Source: Candidatus Nanohaloarchaea archaeon
GTDB lineage: Archaea; Nanohalarchaeota; Nanosalinia; Nanosalinales; Nanosalinaceae
Assembly: GCA_013343275.1 (NCBI GenBank)
Contig: CP046106.1
Coordinates: forward strand, 384,001-448,000
DNA: 64,000 nt
Direction: 5' to 3'
Shown here: positions 36,579 through 46,781 of the stretch, in pieces
Layout: every line of letters starts with the position of its first letter
Numbering within the stretch: position 1 is the first letter of the stretch
Made by a program: the position numbers and the translations under genes
The notes under the pieces: generated by a model
Told to the model about the DNA's origin: nothing
Databases searched by the model: none
What the model saw: the letters and a program-made list of their open reading frames with translations, nothing else

Positions 36579-37155
36579 TGTATTTCACCTCTCTTATATC
36601 ATCCGCTCTCCTCTTGAAGTAGTAGTGGAAAAGCAGGCCGAAAACCGCTCCAATCGCTGTGGCTGCCGTGAATTCCCACATAAGGTGCTCTTCCGAGGTT
36701 ATCAGGGTAGTTCCAAGATAGATGTCCGAAAGCCAGCGAACCAAAGCCCAGAAACCCGCCATCGCCACAGTTACTATAGCGGTCAGAAAGACTGCGAAGA
36801 ATGAGCTAGTCCTGAGAGACGTGAATTCATCCATCTCTACAACTACAAGCAACGAGGTAACGGCGACCGAAGCATAGCTGACAGCCATACCGCTGAAAAG
36901 CGAAAAACCAAACGACTTATGGACGAAAGGAAGTGATACCAGGAAAAGCAGCTCCCATGGCGCAGCAACAGTATCTCTGTATACCAACGATGGAACTACC
37001 GACATAAAGAATACGAAAGCCGATAATATCAGCCATGCAAAGGCCTCTGACAGGAAAGCGTCAACAGCAGTTCCGAGAAATACGAGAGACAGGAGCATTG
37101 AAAACAGGAAGTTCCTCTTTTTCCTCTCGTAGACAAAATCAGAGCCGAGGCCCAT
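36550..37155 (-). CDS. Integral membrane protein, possibly a degenerate paralog of its downstream neighbour
   Basis: About 6 TMs, PWELL; overlaps the next gene. Confidence 0.65.
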   Translation of the reverse strand: MGLGSDFVYERKKRNFLFSMLLSLVFLGTAVDAFLSEAFAWLILSAFVFFMSVVPSLVYRDTVAAPWELLFLVSLPFVHKSFGFSLFSGMAVSYASVAVTSLLVVVEMDEFTSLRTSSFFAVFLTAIVTVAMAGFWALVRWLSDIYLGTTLITSEEHLMWEFTAATAIGAVFGLLFHYYFKRRADDIREVKYSEDTQEIRS

Positions 37156-37215
37156 ACTCTTCGTTGGTCGAAGAGCTTATTTAAGAATTCTACAAGAATC
37201 AGGTTATACACGGAA

Positions 37216-37290
37216 GGGCCCGTAGCTCAGCTTGGACAGAGCGAGCGGCTTCGGACCGCTAGGTCTAGGGTTCAAATCCCTACGGGCTCG
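37216..37290 (+). tRNA. tRNA-Arg(TCG)
   Basis: GGGCCCG/CGGGCTC, anticodon arm AGCGG-CTTCGGA-CCGCT. Confidence 0.95.
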
Positions 37291-37371
37291 AACTCATTAC
37301 GCTGAGATTCGCACGCAATAAGCCATAAAGTATGGCTTCCAAAAGAACTTTCTCTTAGTCATCTACTATGT

Positions 37372-37509
37372 GCGGAGGTTGCCGAGTGGTCAAAGGCGCA
37401 GCGTTCAGGACACCGTCTCGTTCAACGTGACGGTTTGAGAAGGCTTCTGCCTTCGACGGGAAATGCGCTGTCCCTTAGGGGTTCGCAAGTTCGAATCTTG
37501 CCCTCCGCA
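37372..37509 (+). tRNA. tRNA-Leu(CAG) with 55-nt intron (37410-37464)
   Basis: GCGGAGG/CCTCCGC, anticodon stem CAGCG/CGCTG, long variable arm, relaxed BHB. Confidence 0.9.
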
Positions 37510-37518
37510 AAATCCTGC

Positions 37519-37911
37519 TTATACAATTTTGTCTGAGAATTCGAAGTGGGCTATAAAGTAGCCTAGAAGAAGTGTGGCGGCTCCTAATGTCGATTGGATG
37601 AAGTTCTGATTGCTTACTCCTTGAGCTCCATATATCATTCCAACTGAGAAAAGGGCTGCTGAGAGAGCCAGATACAGCCAGTTCCTCTCATCTTCGGGCA
37701 GAACCTTATTATCTTGACGTGGGTCGATGAAGACTCCTGCTTCCACACGATGGATAACTAGATAAGAACTCCAGGCCAGCCCGGACAACATTATAGACTC
37801 CAGCAAGGCAGCCTCCTGTGCTTTAAGGAAAAGCCGGGCAAGACTCCCTGACAGAACAGCAAAGCCTGCAGATATAACCAATAACCGTCTCCAATCATAA
37901 CGTAGATTCAT
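37519..37911 (-). CDS. 4-TM hypothetical membrane protein
   Basis: Hydrophobic 130 aa; GYFIAH near C-terminus. Confidence 0.65.
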   Translation of the reverse strand: MNLRYDWRRLLVISAGFAVLSGSLARLFLKAQEAALLESIMLSGLAWSSYLVIHRVEAGVFIDPRQDNKVLPEDERNWLYLALSAALFSVGMIYGAQGVSNQNFIQSTLGAATLLLGYFIAHFEFSDKIV

Positions 37912-37914
37912 TTT

Positions 37915-38325
37915 TCACACCAGTGTATTATTTACCGCCCAGTGACCTATCATGTATCCTGCACCCATTGAGACTGCCGATGTGGCGGCTAGTAAGGGAT
38001 TCATCTGAAGTATCGATTCGGTCAAGGTCAAGAAGCCTAGAGCCATTAAAGCACTGCCTCCAGCAAAGGAGACCAGATCTATCCTGCTATAATTTTTGAT
38101 ACGGAAGAAATACTCTTTGAATATATTTTTCGAGGCCCTACCATTGTGAAGTCCTATCTGCGCAATTTTATAGCCCGAAACAAACCCTACTAGTGAAATA
38201 TATACCTGGAAAAAGCCTCCGTTAAAACCTGATACAAGGCCATACCCGGAACTCACAACTATCAACCCAGAGCCTATAAGCATCCAGTACAGCTTGTAAA
38301 AGTCCTTCTTAGACCATACCCTCAT
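37915..38325 (-). CDS. 4-TM hypothetical membrane protein, probable paralog of neighbour
   Basis: Hydrophobic 136 aa; GYMIGH near C-terminus. Confidence 0.65.
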   Translation of the reverse strand: MRVWSKKDFYKLYWMLIGSGLIVVSSGYGLVSGFNGGFFQVYISLVGFVSGYKIAQIGLHNGRASKNIFKEYFFRIKNYSRIDLVSFAGGSALMALGFLTLTESILQMNPLLAATSAVSMGAGYMIGHWAVNNTLV

Positions 38326-38397
38326 CTACAGAATAGAACTCCAGTTAATCGCTTAAAAATCTATCTAGAAGAAATAGACGAAGATCCCAGAGAGGAT

Positions 38398-39804
38398 TTA
38401 TTCCTCCAGGATGCTGTCAACCGTCCTGATCTGCATCATGTTGGTGGTACCTGTTACGTTAGTAGGTATTCCAGCGCTGAGAACAAGCTCATCATCCCCC
38501 TCCGCAAGGCCTAGAGTCTTCATTCTCCGGGCCGATGCCTGCAGCATTCCTTCAACGTCTTCCGGGAACTCCTCGTAGTAAGGCTGGACTCCCCAGGCCA
38601 GCTGGAGCTGTCGCTCAACTATTTCCGAGTCGGTGAATGCGATGATCGGGTTTTCGGGACGGTACTTCGAGATATTTCTGGCTGTCGATCCGGAAGATGT
38701 GTGGGCCACGATGTACTCTGCATTGGAGTCTCTGCCAGCCTGCCATACGTTCTTGCAGATAATTTCTCTGGTTGTTTCAGGAGGCTGTTTAACGGTGTGA
38801 TGAGTTATATCGTTGAGAGAGCTTTCTGCCTGCTCCACTACGTCAGCCATGAACTCTACAGTCTTGACAGGATACTCCCCGATAGCTGTCTCTCCTGAAA
38901 GCATTACAGCATCAGTACCGTCAAGAACTGCGTTTGCAACATCTGATATTTCTGCACGGGTAGCAGTAGGATTCTCTGTCATCGATTCCAGCATCTGTGT
39001 AGCAGTGATAACAGGTTTACCTGCCTTGTTGCATTTCTCGATCATCTCCTTCTGCATCATAGGGAGCTCTGCTGCTGGGAGTTCGACACCTAGATCTCCT
39101 CTGGCAACCATTATCGCATCCGAGGCCTCCAGTATCTCATCGAAGTTCTCAACCGCTTTCTTGTGCTCGATCTTCGAGATAATATGCATTTCAGAGCCAT
39201 GTTCATCAAGAATTTCTCTGACCTCCTCTACATCGGAGGCCTGTTTCACGAAGCTGAGGGAGACAAAGTCGTATCCTTTCTCCGCAGCAAACTCTATATC
39301 TTCAACATCTTTCTGTGTAGGGGCTTGAAGGCCTATATCCTTTCCTGGAACATTTACTGCTTTACGAGATGATACTTCGCCACCATAGACTACTGTACAT
39401 TCCGCTGTGTCATCTACTTTCTCAACTTCCAGCTCGATCTTCCCATCGTCAATCCTTACCTCGTCGCCGGCCTCAATATGGTTGATGAACTCACTGTAGT
39501 TAACCGAAATTTCCTCCTTATCGCCTCTTACATCTTCAGTTGTGAGTTTTACTTCGTGTCCAGTCTCAAGCTCTGTACCTTCTTCTACCTCGCCAAGCCT
39601 GATCTCAGGGCCCTTAGTATCTATCATTACAGCTGTCTTCTCCGATACATCGCGGATTCTGTCGTATATTTTTCCATGCTGTTCGTGGTCGACATGAGAG
39701 AAGTTCTGGCGTACAACATCAACCCCAGAATCTATTATTTCTTCAAGTTTCTGTTTTGTATCGGTTGCTGGTCCGATCGTTGATACAATTTTAGTATTCT
39801 TCAT
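38398..39804 (-). CDS. pyk: Pyruvate kinase
   Basis: TKIVSTIGP, NFSH, DTKGPEIR, MVARGDLG, TQMLESM, MLSGETA. Confidence 0.97.
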   Translation of the reverse strand: MKNTKIVSTIGPATDTKQKLEEIIDSGVDVVRQNFSHVDHEQHGKIYDRIRDVSEKTAVMIDTKGPEIRLGEVEEGTELETGHEVKLTTEDVRGDKEEISVNYSEFINHIEAGDEVRIDDGKIELEVEKVDDTAECTVVYGGEVSSRKAVNVPGKDIGLQAPTQKDVEDIEFAAEKGYDFVSLSFVKQASDVEEVREILDEHGSEMHIISKIEHKKAVENFDEILEASDAIMVARGDLGVELPAAELPMMQKEMIEKCNKAGKPVITATQMLESMTENPTATRAEISDVANAVLDGTDAVMLSGETAIGEYPVKTVEFMADVVEQAESSLNDITHHTVKQPPETTREIICKNVWQAGRDSNAEYIVAHTSSGSTARNISKYRPENPIIAFTDSEIVERQLQLAWGVQPYYEEFPEDVEGMLQASARRMKTLGLAEGDDELVLSAGIPTNVTGTTNMMQIRTVDSILEE

Positions 39805-39994
39805 AACCTTATCCAGTTGTGAACCGAAGAGTTAAAAGGAGAACGCTGTAGCGAGGCTTTCACAAGGTTTTTCTATTCTCCGGACTCAGCTAATTTGATT
39901 TATAAAGATAAGACTGTTATTCTTGGGTGTGCGAATGCGGCCTGTGAAAATTCTCAAGGATTTTCTGGCCCGGGTTCGCGGTTGGGTGATATCT

Positions 39995-41185
39995 ATGAGC
40001 GATAAAGATGTAAATAAAGAGAATGACGACGAAGGAAAAGAGCAAGAAGCTGGCAAGGAGCAGAAGGTTCAGTTCCCTCAGTACTTCCAGCAGAAGAAAA
40101 ATGATAATCCGAACTCAACCAGTCTGAAAACTCCTGTTATGAGAGGAGTTGTTGTCTCCGAGTTCGACGGAGACCGTATCTGGGTAGAGGCCTCAGGAAA
40201 CATGAAAGGCCGATACGGAGTAGAGGTACCTAACGGGTACAACCCAGAGGACTTCACACCCGGAACAGAAGTAGCCCTTGACCCAAACACGTTCAAGGTA
40301 ACAGATATTGTAGAAAAAGGAAAAGACGCAGAGTTCGAAGCAATCGATACCGATGTAACCTTCCAGGATATCGGAGGACTTGACCACGTAGTCAAGTCGC
40401 TGAAGTCGAACGTAGGCGCACAGCTTAACGAGGACAAGAGCAAAAAGATGCAGGAATGGGGCATCGAGATGGACAAATCAATGCTACTCGTAGGAAAGCC
40501 AGGAACAGGAAAGACACATCTGGTCAAAGCACTCAGCAACGAGTACGACGCCGACATGTTCATGATTAACGGCCCACAGATGGTCGAGAAGTTCATTGGA
40601 GAAGGAGCCAAGAAAGTCAAGAGACTCTACGATCAGGCCCGTGCATCCGACAAGCCTGCAATCGTGTTCATCGATGAAATTGATGCCATTGCAAAGAAAC
40701 GTCTCGATGATAGAAGGCACGGAGGAGAAGAAGTTGAACGTACAATGTCACAGCTTCTCTCCGAGCTTGACGGCCTTGACACCGAGAAGGACTCCGGAGT
40801 AATCAGCATCTTCGCTACCAACACTCCAGACATAATGGATCCCGCCCTACTGAACAGATGTAGTGCGATTGAGGTACCCGTACCAGATACAGAATCAAAG
40901 GAGGAAATCCTCAGAATCCACACCCGCAGGATGAACATTGGCGACGATGTCAACTACACTGCAATCGCAGAACAGTTCGAGGAAGGATTCACAGGCCGTG
41001 ATATCAAACAGATCGCGAAACAGGCCGCAGTCAATGCCCTTGAGAGACATGAAGATGTCTCCAAGACACAGATCGAGATGGAGGACTTTGAATCAGCCAT
41101 CAAGGATCTGAAAGAAGGTAACATGGGCGTCGAGAAGGACTTCCTTTCAGACGGCCAGGTTCATCCAAACGAGATGTTTGCCTGA
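39995..41185 (+). CDS. Divergent proteasome-activating nucleotidase (PAN)-like AAA+ ATPase
   Basis: OB-like region, DIGGL, GKPGTGKT, KFIGEG, FIDEID, EVERTM.QLL.ELDG, C-terminal MFA; GGGTGA SD before ATG 39995. Confidence 0.75.
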   Translation: MSDKDVNKENDDEGKEQEAGKEQKVQFPQYFQQKKNDNPNSTSLKTPVMRGVVVSEFDGDRIWVEASGNMKGRYGVEVPNGYNPEDFTPGTEVALDPNTFKVTDIVEKGKDAEFEAIDTDVTFQDIGGLDHVVKSLKSNVGAQLNEDKSKKMQEWGIEMDKSMLLVGKPGTGKTHLVKALSNEYDADMFMINGPQMVEKFIGEGAKKVKRLYDQARASDKPAIVFIDEIDAIAKKRLDDRRHGGEEVERTMSQLLSELDGLDTEKDSGVISIFATNTPDIMDPALLNRCSAIEVPVPDTESKEEILRIHTRRMNIGDDVNYTAIAEQFEEGFTGRDIKQIAKQAAVNALERHEDVSKTQIEMEDFESAIKDLKEGNMGVEKDFLSDGQVHPNEMFA

Positions 41186-41282
41186 GTGCAGCCAACGGAG
41201 TTTGGCTGTGCCATCTAGAAGATCTCTGATCTTCGGCCTCCTATTTTAACTTTTCTACTTTCTATTAATTCTCTGTGATAAC

Positions 41283-41522
41283 ATGAGTGTTGACAAACAG
41301 TTTGTACTTGACAAGGATGGTGCAGCAGATTTTCTGCAGGACATAATTGATGCTATAGAGAACAAGGACGCAGTAAGGCTTGAAGGACAGAACTGGAAGG
41401 TCTCTCAGCCTACCGACGACAAAGTACCGGTGAGGATTTTCTCAGATGAGGAAGGCCTTGAAGTCATGTTCAAGGTACAGGGAGAAGCGGCAGAAAAGGA
41501 AGAAGAAAAAGAAGAGGAGTAA
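41283..41522 (+). CDS. Small amphi-Trp-like hypothetical protein
   Basis: AADFL..I.DAIE..AVRL pattern. Confidence 0.55.
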   Translation: MSVDKQFVLDKDGAADFLQDIIDAIENKDAVRLEGQNWKVSQPTDDKVPVRIFSDEEGLEVMFKVQGEAAEKEEEKEEE

Positions 41523-41530
41523 GAAGTATA

Positions 41531-42886
41531 TCAGCCTTCTGCTCTTGAAGTTGTGACATACACGCTTTTCTTATCGAAGATAAATTCCTCTATAAACGCT
41601 GTCAGGTGTACAAGAGCCTGGAAGAAGAAGTAGGCCCACAGAGTTATCGCTGCAATATATTCAACCCTGTAGTGACGTTCTCCCTGCATAAAGTCTTGGA
41701 AGAACACAACGTAGGAAAGTGTGAAAGGTGCTATTCCTGCCAGTGTCCAGAGAAGGCCTGAGTGAGGAATATATGTTGCGGTATTAACTCCTAGATATGA
41801 TAGAACCATCATCGGCATCAGCAGGATCAGAAATGTTGGTACTACTGCATAAAGCAGTGTATAAGCTCCATCTATCCTCTTCGTCAGCGAGAGATCGGAG
41901 TCTCCTGTAAGGCCTTTAGTATGCTTTACAGCTACCTGCATCCAGCCTCGTGCCCATCTCTTTCTCTGGCTCCACCAGGCCTGAAGTGTATCCGGGTTCT
42001 CTTCGTAGGTGATAACCTTAGGATCTACGATAATTTTCTTTCCGGCGTGATGGATTTTCGTCGACATGTCAATGTCTTCTACAAGTATATCCTCATCAAA
42101 ATCTCCTAGCTCATCGAACACCTTACTACGGAAGAAAGCCTGTCCACCTCCAAAGAACGTGAATCCTCCGAAGATCTGACGTGCATAAATATCAATCTTC
42201 TCGGCAATATGGCGCTCAACAGTAGCGTGGAGAGAAAGCAGAGAATCAGTAGGATTGTAACCGAAGCAACGACCTTTAATACACCAAACATCCTCGTCTT
42301 CAAACCATCTAACTGCCCTTCTAACAGCGTTCGGCTTGAAACAGTGATCTGCATCAATACTTGCAATAATATCATTTTCCGCGTACTCAAGAGCATAGTT
42401 AGTGGCCTTGGCCTTTCCACCTCCTTCCTCATCTCTCCTGACTGCTTTCAGAAAGTCATATTCTTCTGCAGCTTTCTCTGCAATCTCCTCTGTACCATCT
42501 GTCGATGCAGCTTCATAACAGAGAACTACTTCATATTTATCTTCAGGATAGTCTAACTCTGCGCAGGCCTCAATAGTTTCTTCAAGCACTTGTGCTTCAT
42601 TGTATGCAGGTATAACTACACTCACAGAAGGTAGCTTTCCTTTTAGCTCTGGTGGTTCTATGTCCTTGAATGAGAAGATTGCTGATACATAGGTTCTGCC
42701 GATAAGCCCCATTAGCGCTATCAGTAGAACCGTATTCAGTGTTCTAATGTATGTGTTTGTAATGAAGCTTGGGCTCAAAACTAGCGTAATCAGTAGTACC
42801 GAGATTGCGGAGTATTTCATAAACTTAGACAGGGAGAAACCCATGTCTTCCGCTGGCTTGACTTCCATATCACATTTTTTCAGCAA
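41531..42886 (-). CDS. Processive GT2 glycosyltransferase
   Basis: PAYNE, GKA, DAD, ED, QRKRW, TMs; start uncertain. Confidence 0.9.
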   Translation of the reverse strand: MLKKCDMEVKPAEDMGFSLSKFMKYSAISVLLITLVLSPSFITNTYIRTLNTVLLIALMGLIGRTYVSAIFSFKDIEPPELKGKLPSVSVVIPAYNEAQVLEETIEACAELDYPEDKYEVVLCYEAASTDGTEEIAEKAAEEYDFLKAVRRDEEGGGKAKATNYALEYAENDIIASIDADHCFKPNAVRRAVRWFEDEDVWCIKGRCFGYNPTDSLLSLHATVERHIAEKIDIYARQIFGGFTFFGGGQAFFRSKVFDELGDFDEDILVEDIDMSTKIHHAGKKIIVDPKVITYEENPDTLQAWWSQRKRWARGWMQVAVKHTKGLTGDSDLSLTKRIDGAYTLLYAVVPTFLILLMPMMVLSYLGVNTATYIPHSGLLWTLAGIAPFTLSYVVFFQDFMQGERHYRVEYIAAITLWAYFFFQALVHLTAFIEEFIFDKKSVYVTTSRAEG

Positions 42887-42927
42887 AGAAGTTTAATAAC
42901 CAAACGGAGGAACTCAAGAATTTATCC

Positions 42928-43233
42928 TTAAAGCTTAGATCTGAAATGATCAACAATTTTCTCCAGCTTCCTCTCCTTCTCCAGAGTGCTGCTCGAGTTA
43001 AGGAAGTCCTGAACCAGTTTATACATGTAACCGTTCACATCTCTCAGCTCCTCTATACGGGAACCAGTGTCAGGAACCTCAAGGCCTTCCACCTCGTACT
43101 GCTTCTCAACCGCGAACCGGAGGACTTCATACATCTGAAACCTTTTCTGGCCTACATCATCTCCTCCAACAGCACCCATCATTTCATCCAGCTGCTCCGA
43201 GATATCTTCAGAATCAGAGGACATTTTAACCAC
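42928..43233 (-). CDS. Hypothetical protein
   Basis: About 100 aa acidic ORF coupled to the upstream YbaK fusion. Confidence 0.65.
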   Translation of the reverse strand: MVKMSSDSEDISEQLDEMMGAVGGDDVGQKRFQMYEVLRFAVEKQYEVEGLEVPDTGSRIEELRDVNGYMYKLVQDFLNSSSTLEKERKLEKIVDHFRSKL

Positions 43234-44125
43234 CTATCTTCTCCTCGATAGCCTGTCGGGCCTCACCGCCATCAGCCTGGCCATTGGTCTCCTGCATTAC
43301 CTGGCCCAGAAGATAGTTGAGGGCCGAATCCTTCCCGTTCCTGTAGTCCTCAACAGCTTCTGGATTCCCCTCAAGCACCTGGTCAACAGCTTCTTCAAGC
43401 GAGAAGTCCTTCTCATCCGGCAGCTCACCATCTCTTTCATAGGCCTGCACCAGTTTCTGCATGTGAGTCTCTCTTTCAGCTCTTCCCAGAACTTCCTCAG
43501 CAACTCCTTCTTCAAACTCAAGTCCATGTCTCCTGAATTCCTCCAGGAGACCAATCACAAGGCCAGTATCAAAACCAGTATTTAACTCACGGAACTGCTC
43601 CTCAATACCAGCGGAGAGAACAAATCTGGCCTCCTCTTCGTCGAGACCTTCATCTTCAAGTTCGCTGATGTCCTCCTCAGTGAACTCCACAATATCTGAT
43701 ACCTCAAAATCGAAGTCTGATTTTTCAAGGCCTTCCCTGAAGTTTTCTGTGTCAATTATTACTCCTTTCTGGCTGTCGCCTGTAGTAAATGAAATTCTAT
43801 TTTCTTCAAGAAGCCTTTGATCGACAAAGTGTTTCAGTTCTGATGAGAAAGGATGTACAGTTCCTGATTCCTGGCCTGTGATCTCCAGCGATTCCTCCGG
43901 ATCCACCAGCCTGTGTTCCCCGAATTTTCCTGCTGAAAGTATTCTGTCCCCGGGGAGAACGCAGTGAAACTTTTCTCCATCCCGTTCAACGATCAGGCTT
44001 TTTGCGATCTGAGAGGTCTCTACTCCTCTCTCCCTTGCCGCGTCGTCGCAGTCAAGCGTTGGATTGTCCTGATGGACGATCTCGTATTCCAGGCCTTTTT
44101 CATCAAGAAAATCGTCGGCCTTCAT
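43226..44125 (-). CDS. YbaK/INS-family aminoacyl-tRNA deacylase domain fused to GatB/Yqey tail domain
   Basis: QIAKSLIV, GTVHPF; C-terminal NPEAVEDYRNGKDSALNYLLGQVMQETNGQAD aligns with the adjacent GatB tail. Confidence 0.8.
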   Translation of the reverse strand: MKADDFLDEKGLEYEIVHQDNPTLDCDDAARERGVETSQIAKSLIVERDGEKFHCVLPGDRILSAGKFGEHRLVDPEESLEITGQESGTVHPFSSELKHFVDQRLLEENRISFTTGDSQKGVIIDTENFREGLEKSDFDFEVSDIVEFTEEDISELEDEGLDEEEARFVLSAGIEEQFRELNTGFDTGLVIGLLEEFRRHGLEFEEGVAEEVLGRAERETHMQKLVQAYERDGELPDEKDFSLEEAVDQVLEGNPEAVEDYRNGKDSALNYLLGQVMQETNGQADGGEARQAIEEKIGG

Positions 44126-44126
44126 T

Positions 44127-45536
44127 TCAGTCCAGCTGTTCCTTCAGCTTTTCGCGGGCGGTTTTTGGATCGGCCTTTCCCTGTGATTTCTGCATTACCT
44201 GTCCTACAAGGAAGTTGAGTGCCTCTTCTTCACCTGCGTGGTAGTCGTCGACTGCATCAGGGTTTTCCTCTACGACTTCTTCCACGAAGCTGTCGATCTC
44301 TGATTCCTCAGCCTTGAGGAGATCTTTTTCCTCGATTATGTCATCAGGTTCTCTAGGGTTTTCAACCAGTTCTCTGAGAAGCTGTTCTGCGTTTCTATCG
44401 GAGATCTGATCTTCGTCGAGAAGGCCGATGATTGTGTTCAGCCAGTGGATCTTCAGCGGAGATTCGGAGTACGTCATGTCGTTGTAGTTCAGGACTTTCT
44501 TCAGGTCTCCCGTCATCCATGAGGCCACCAGCTGTGCATCGTACTGCTGGGCTAGCTCCTCGAAGTGCTCTGCAATTTCAGGATCCGATATCAGCGATTC
44601 AACTATTTTCTCTTTCAGGCCGTACTCTTCCTTGAACCTCTCGAATTTCTCGTGCGGAAGCTCGGGGATCGTCTCTCTCAAGGCCTTTCTGTAGTTTTCG
44701 GATAGCTCCTGTCTTGTAAGATCGGGGTCGAAGATGTATCCGTAGTCTTCCTCCGTTTCCTTCTCTCTGAGTTTCTCTGTGATCTCCTGGTTGGCATCGT
44801 AGTTCCGTGTTTCCTGTTCTACTTCACGGCCTCTCTTCTTCAGCTGTTTCTGTCTTGAGATCTCGTAGCTGAGGGCCTGTTCAATTCCCTTGGTTCCTGT
44901 GATATTCTTGACTTCTACTCTCTGCCCCCCTTCAATCGAGATATTTGCGTCGGACTTTATTGCGAAGTCTGACTCCGGAAAGTATACCTCCAGGTACTCA
45001 AGCATCTGTGCGAGCTGCTGCAGGTAGGCACGGGCCTCCTCCGGAGATTTAAAGTCTGGATCTGTTACGATCTCCAGTAGCGGTGTTCCGGCCCTGTTGT
45101 AGTCTACTTTAGTATAGTTTGATTTTCCGATCTGGCCTCCTTCGTGGACGAGCTTGGCCGGGTCCTCCTCTATGTGCAACCGTGTGATTCCAATGTCTTT
45201 TTTCTCGTCGCCGACCTTGACCTCGAAGCTGCCTTCCTCTCCTACCGGTACCTCGTACTGTGTGATCTGGTAGTTCTTGCTCATGTCCGGGTAGAAATAG
45301 GTCTTTCGTGAGAAAAAGATATCTTCATTGATGTCGCATTGAAGGGCCTGTGCTGTCTTCACTCCTCGGGCCAGTGCCTCGTCGTTGAGTCGTGGCTTGC
45401 TTCCTGGGTGGCCTAGGCATGTTTCACATACATGTGTGTTCGGTTCGTCGGCCTCCCTGTTTGGGCAGCCGCAGAAAAGTTTTGTATCTGTGTCAAGCTG
45501 TACGTGTGTCTCTAGGCCTATTTTTACATCGGTCAT
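44127..45536 (-). CDS. gatB: Asp/Glu-tRNA amidotransferase subunit B
   Basis: IGLETHVQL, RKTYFYPD, HIEED, DYNRAGTPLLEIVT, VEVKN. Confidence 0.97.
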   Translation of the reverse strand: MTDVKIGLETHVQLDTDTKLFCGCPNREADEPNTHVCETCLGHPGSKPRLNDEALARGVKTAQALQCDINEDIFFSRKTYFYPDMSKNYQITQYEVPVGEEGSFEVKVGDEKKDIGITRLHIEEDPAKLVHEGGQIGKSNYTKVDYNRAGTPLLEIVTDPDFKSPEEARAYLQQLAQMLEYLEVYFPESDFAIKSDANISIEGGQRVEVKNITGTKGIEQALSYEISRQKQLKKRGREVEQETRNYDANQEITEKLREKETEEDYGYIFDPDLTRQELSENYRKALRETIPELPHEKFERFKEEYGLKEKIVESLISDPEIAEHFEELAQQYDAQLVASWMTGDLKKVLNYNDMTYSESPLKIHWLNTIIGLLDEDQISDRNAEQLLRELVENPREPDDIIEEKDLLKAEESEIDSFVEEVVEENPDAVDDYHAGEEEALNFLVGQVMQKSQGKADPKTAREKLKEQLD

Positions 45537-45563
45537 AACAAGAAATCAAGCTGCAAGTCTTTT

Positions 45564-46718
45564 TTACTTTTCTCTTCCGTAGCCCATCATCTCGGTCATG
45601 AACTGGATTTTCTCCTTCGCGTCTTCCTTCTCCCAGTCGACTTCTTCTAGGTATTCGTTGGCTTCTTCCGTCAGGTATCTCGACAGGTTCTCCGAGGCCT
45701 CCATTGCAGGGGTGTCCTCAACTATGATGTCGTAGGCCTCTTCGAGTTCGTAGTCTCCTGGATCTTCTTTCTGTATTATCTCTGTCAGGTACTCTCCTTT
45801 CTGGTTGAGTTCTTCATCCGGGTGAGTGTGGAGGAATCTCTCTGCCACATAGATAGGTACTGTGTAGTTGCCGTCTCTGATGTCGGAGAATCTTTCCTGT
45901 CTGAAGTCAAGTACATCGTCAGCTATCTGGAAGGCCTGTCCTGCGTTCTCTCCCCACTCGCGTATTTCTTCTCCTTCGTACTCTGTAGATATTTCTGCGA
46001 GAGATCCTATCAGGCCGAAAAGTTTGGCAGTCTTGCCTTTATCAGCGGTAACCATTCTATCCATTACATCGAGATCTCCACCTAGATAGTTAGGTTTCAA
46101 TCCTAGTTCATCGTCACCGATCTGCGTTCCTGTCAGGTCGAGATTCTGGCCGTGAACCAGGCCGTTCTCAGCGTCTCCAAGAGCGTCCCGGATCTGCTCC
46201 CTGTCTTCCGCAGAAAAGTATTCGCTTGAAAGCTCTGAAACTATATCCCTGTTCCGGGTCTTGATATCGATGAAGTAGTTATTGGCCAGGCTTTCAGCAA
46301 GATCTTCATCGCCAAGAAGATCAGCCATGTGGGCATGAAGCGTTTTCTCACCGTTCCTGACCTCGTCGCCGTCCTGGATATCGTCGAGGCCCTTGGTGTA
46401 GAAATGTATCGTTTCGATCAATGTAGCGACCTTCCCAAGCTCTTCTTCAGGAACATTGGAGTCCAGAGAGTCCACTATCTCCTTGTAAACGCCAGGCCTT
46501 ACTCTTTTCTGGTCGGGAGACAGCATCAGTTTTGCGCCCTGCTTCTCCATCTCGTTCAGCAGATCGTCCTGCTGCTCTACCACTAGGCTGTCCGCCATGT
46601 TGTGAGATATCTCGGCCCAGAAGTCCTCATCGATCATAGGTAGCGGAGGGCCTTCTGTCTCTGCAACTTCATCTACTTCCTCAAGCAGAGTGTTAACGTA
46701 TTCTGTAGAAGCACTCAA
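45564..46718 (-). CDS. Polyprenyl diphosphate synthase family protein
   Basis: DDIQD..RNG, GQNLD, KTA.LF, FQIADDVLD; TTG start after GGAGGGGAG. Confidence 0.82.
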   Translation of the reverse strand: MSASTEYVNTLLEEVDEVAETEGPPLPMIDEDFWAEISHNMADSLVVEQQDDLLNEMEKQGAKLMLSPDQKRVRPGVYKEIVDSLDSNVPEEELGKVATLIETIHFYTKGLDDIQDGDEVRNGEKTLHAHMADLLGDEDLAESLANNYFIDIKTRNRDIVSELSSEYFSAEDREQIRDALGDAENGLVHGQNLDLTGTQIGDDELGLKPNYLGGDLDVMDRMVTADKGKTAKLFGLIGSLAEISTEYEGEEIREWGENAGQAFQIADDVLDFRQERFSDIRDGNYTVPIYVAERFLHTHPDEELNQKGEYLTEIIQKEDPGDYELEEAYDIIVEDTPAMEASENLSRYLTEEANEYLEEVDWEKEDAKEKIQFMTEMMGYGREK

Positions 46719-46781
46719 AAAGTATTCTCCCCTCCTGAAAAGATTTCAGGCCTGCAAACTTTTTATTTATAGAGCAACCTG

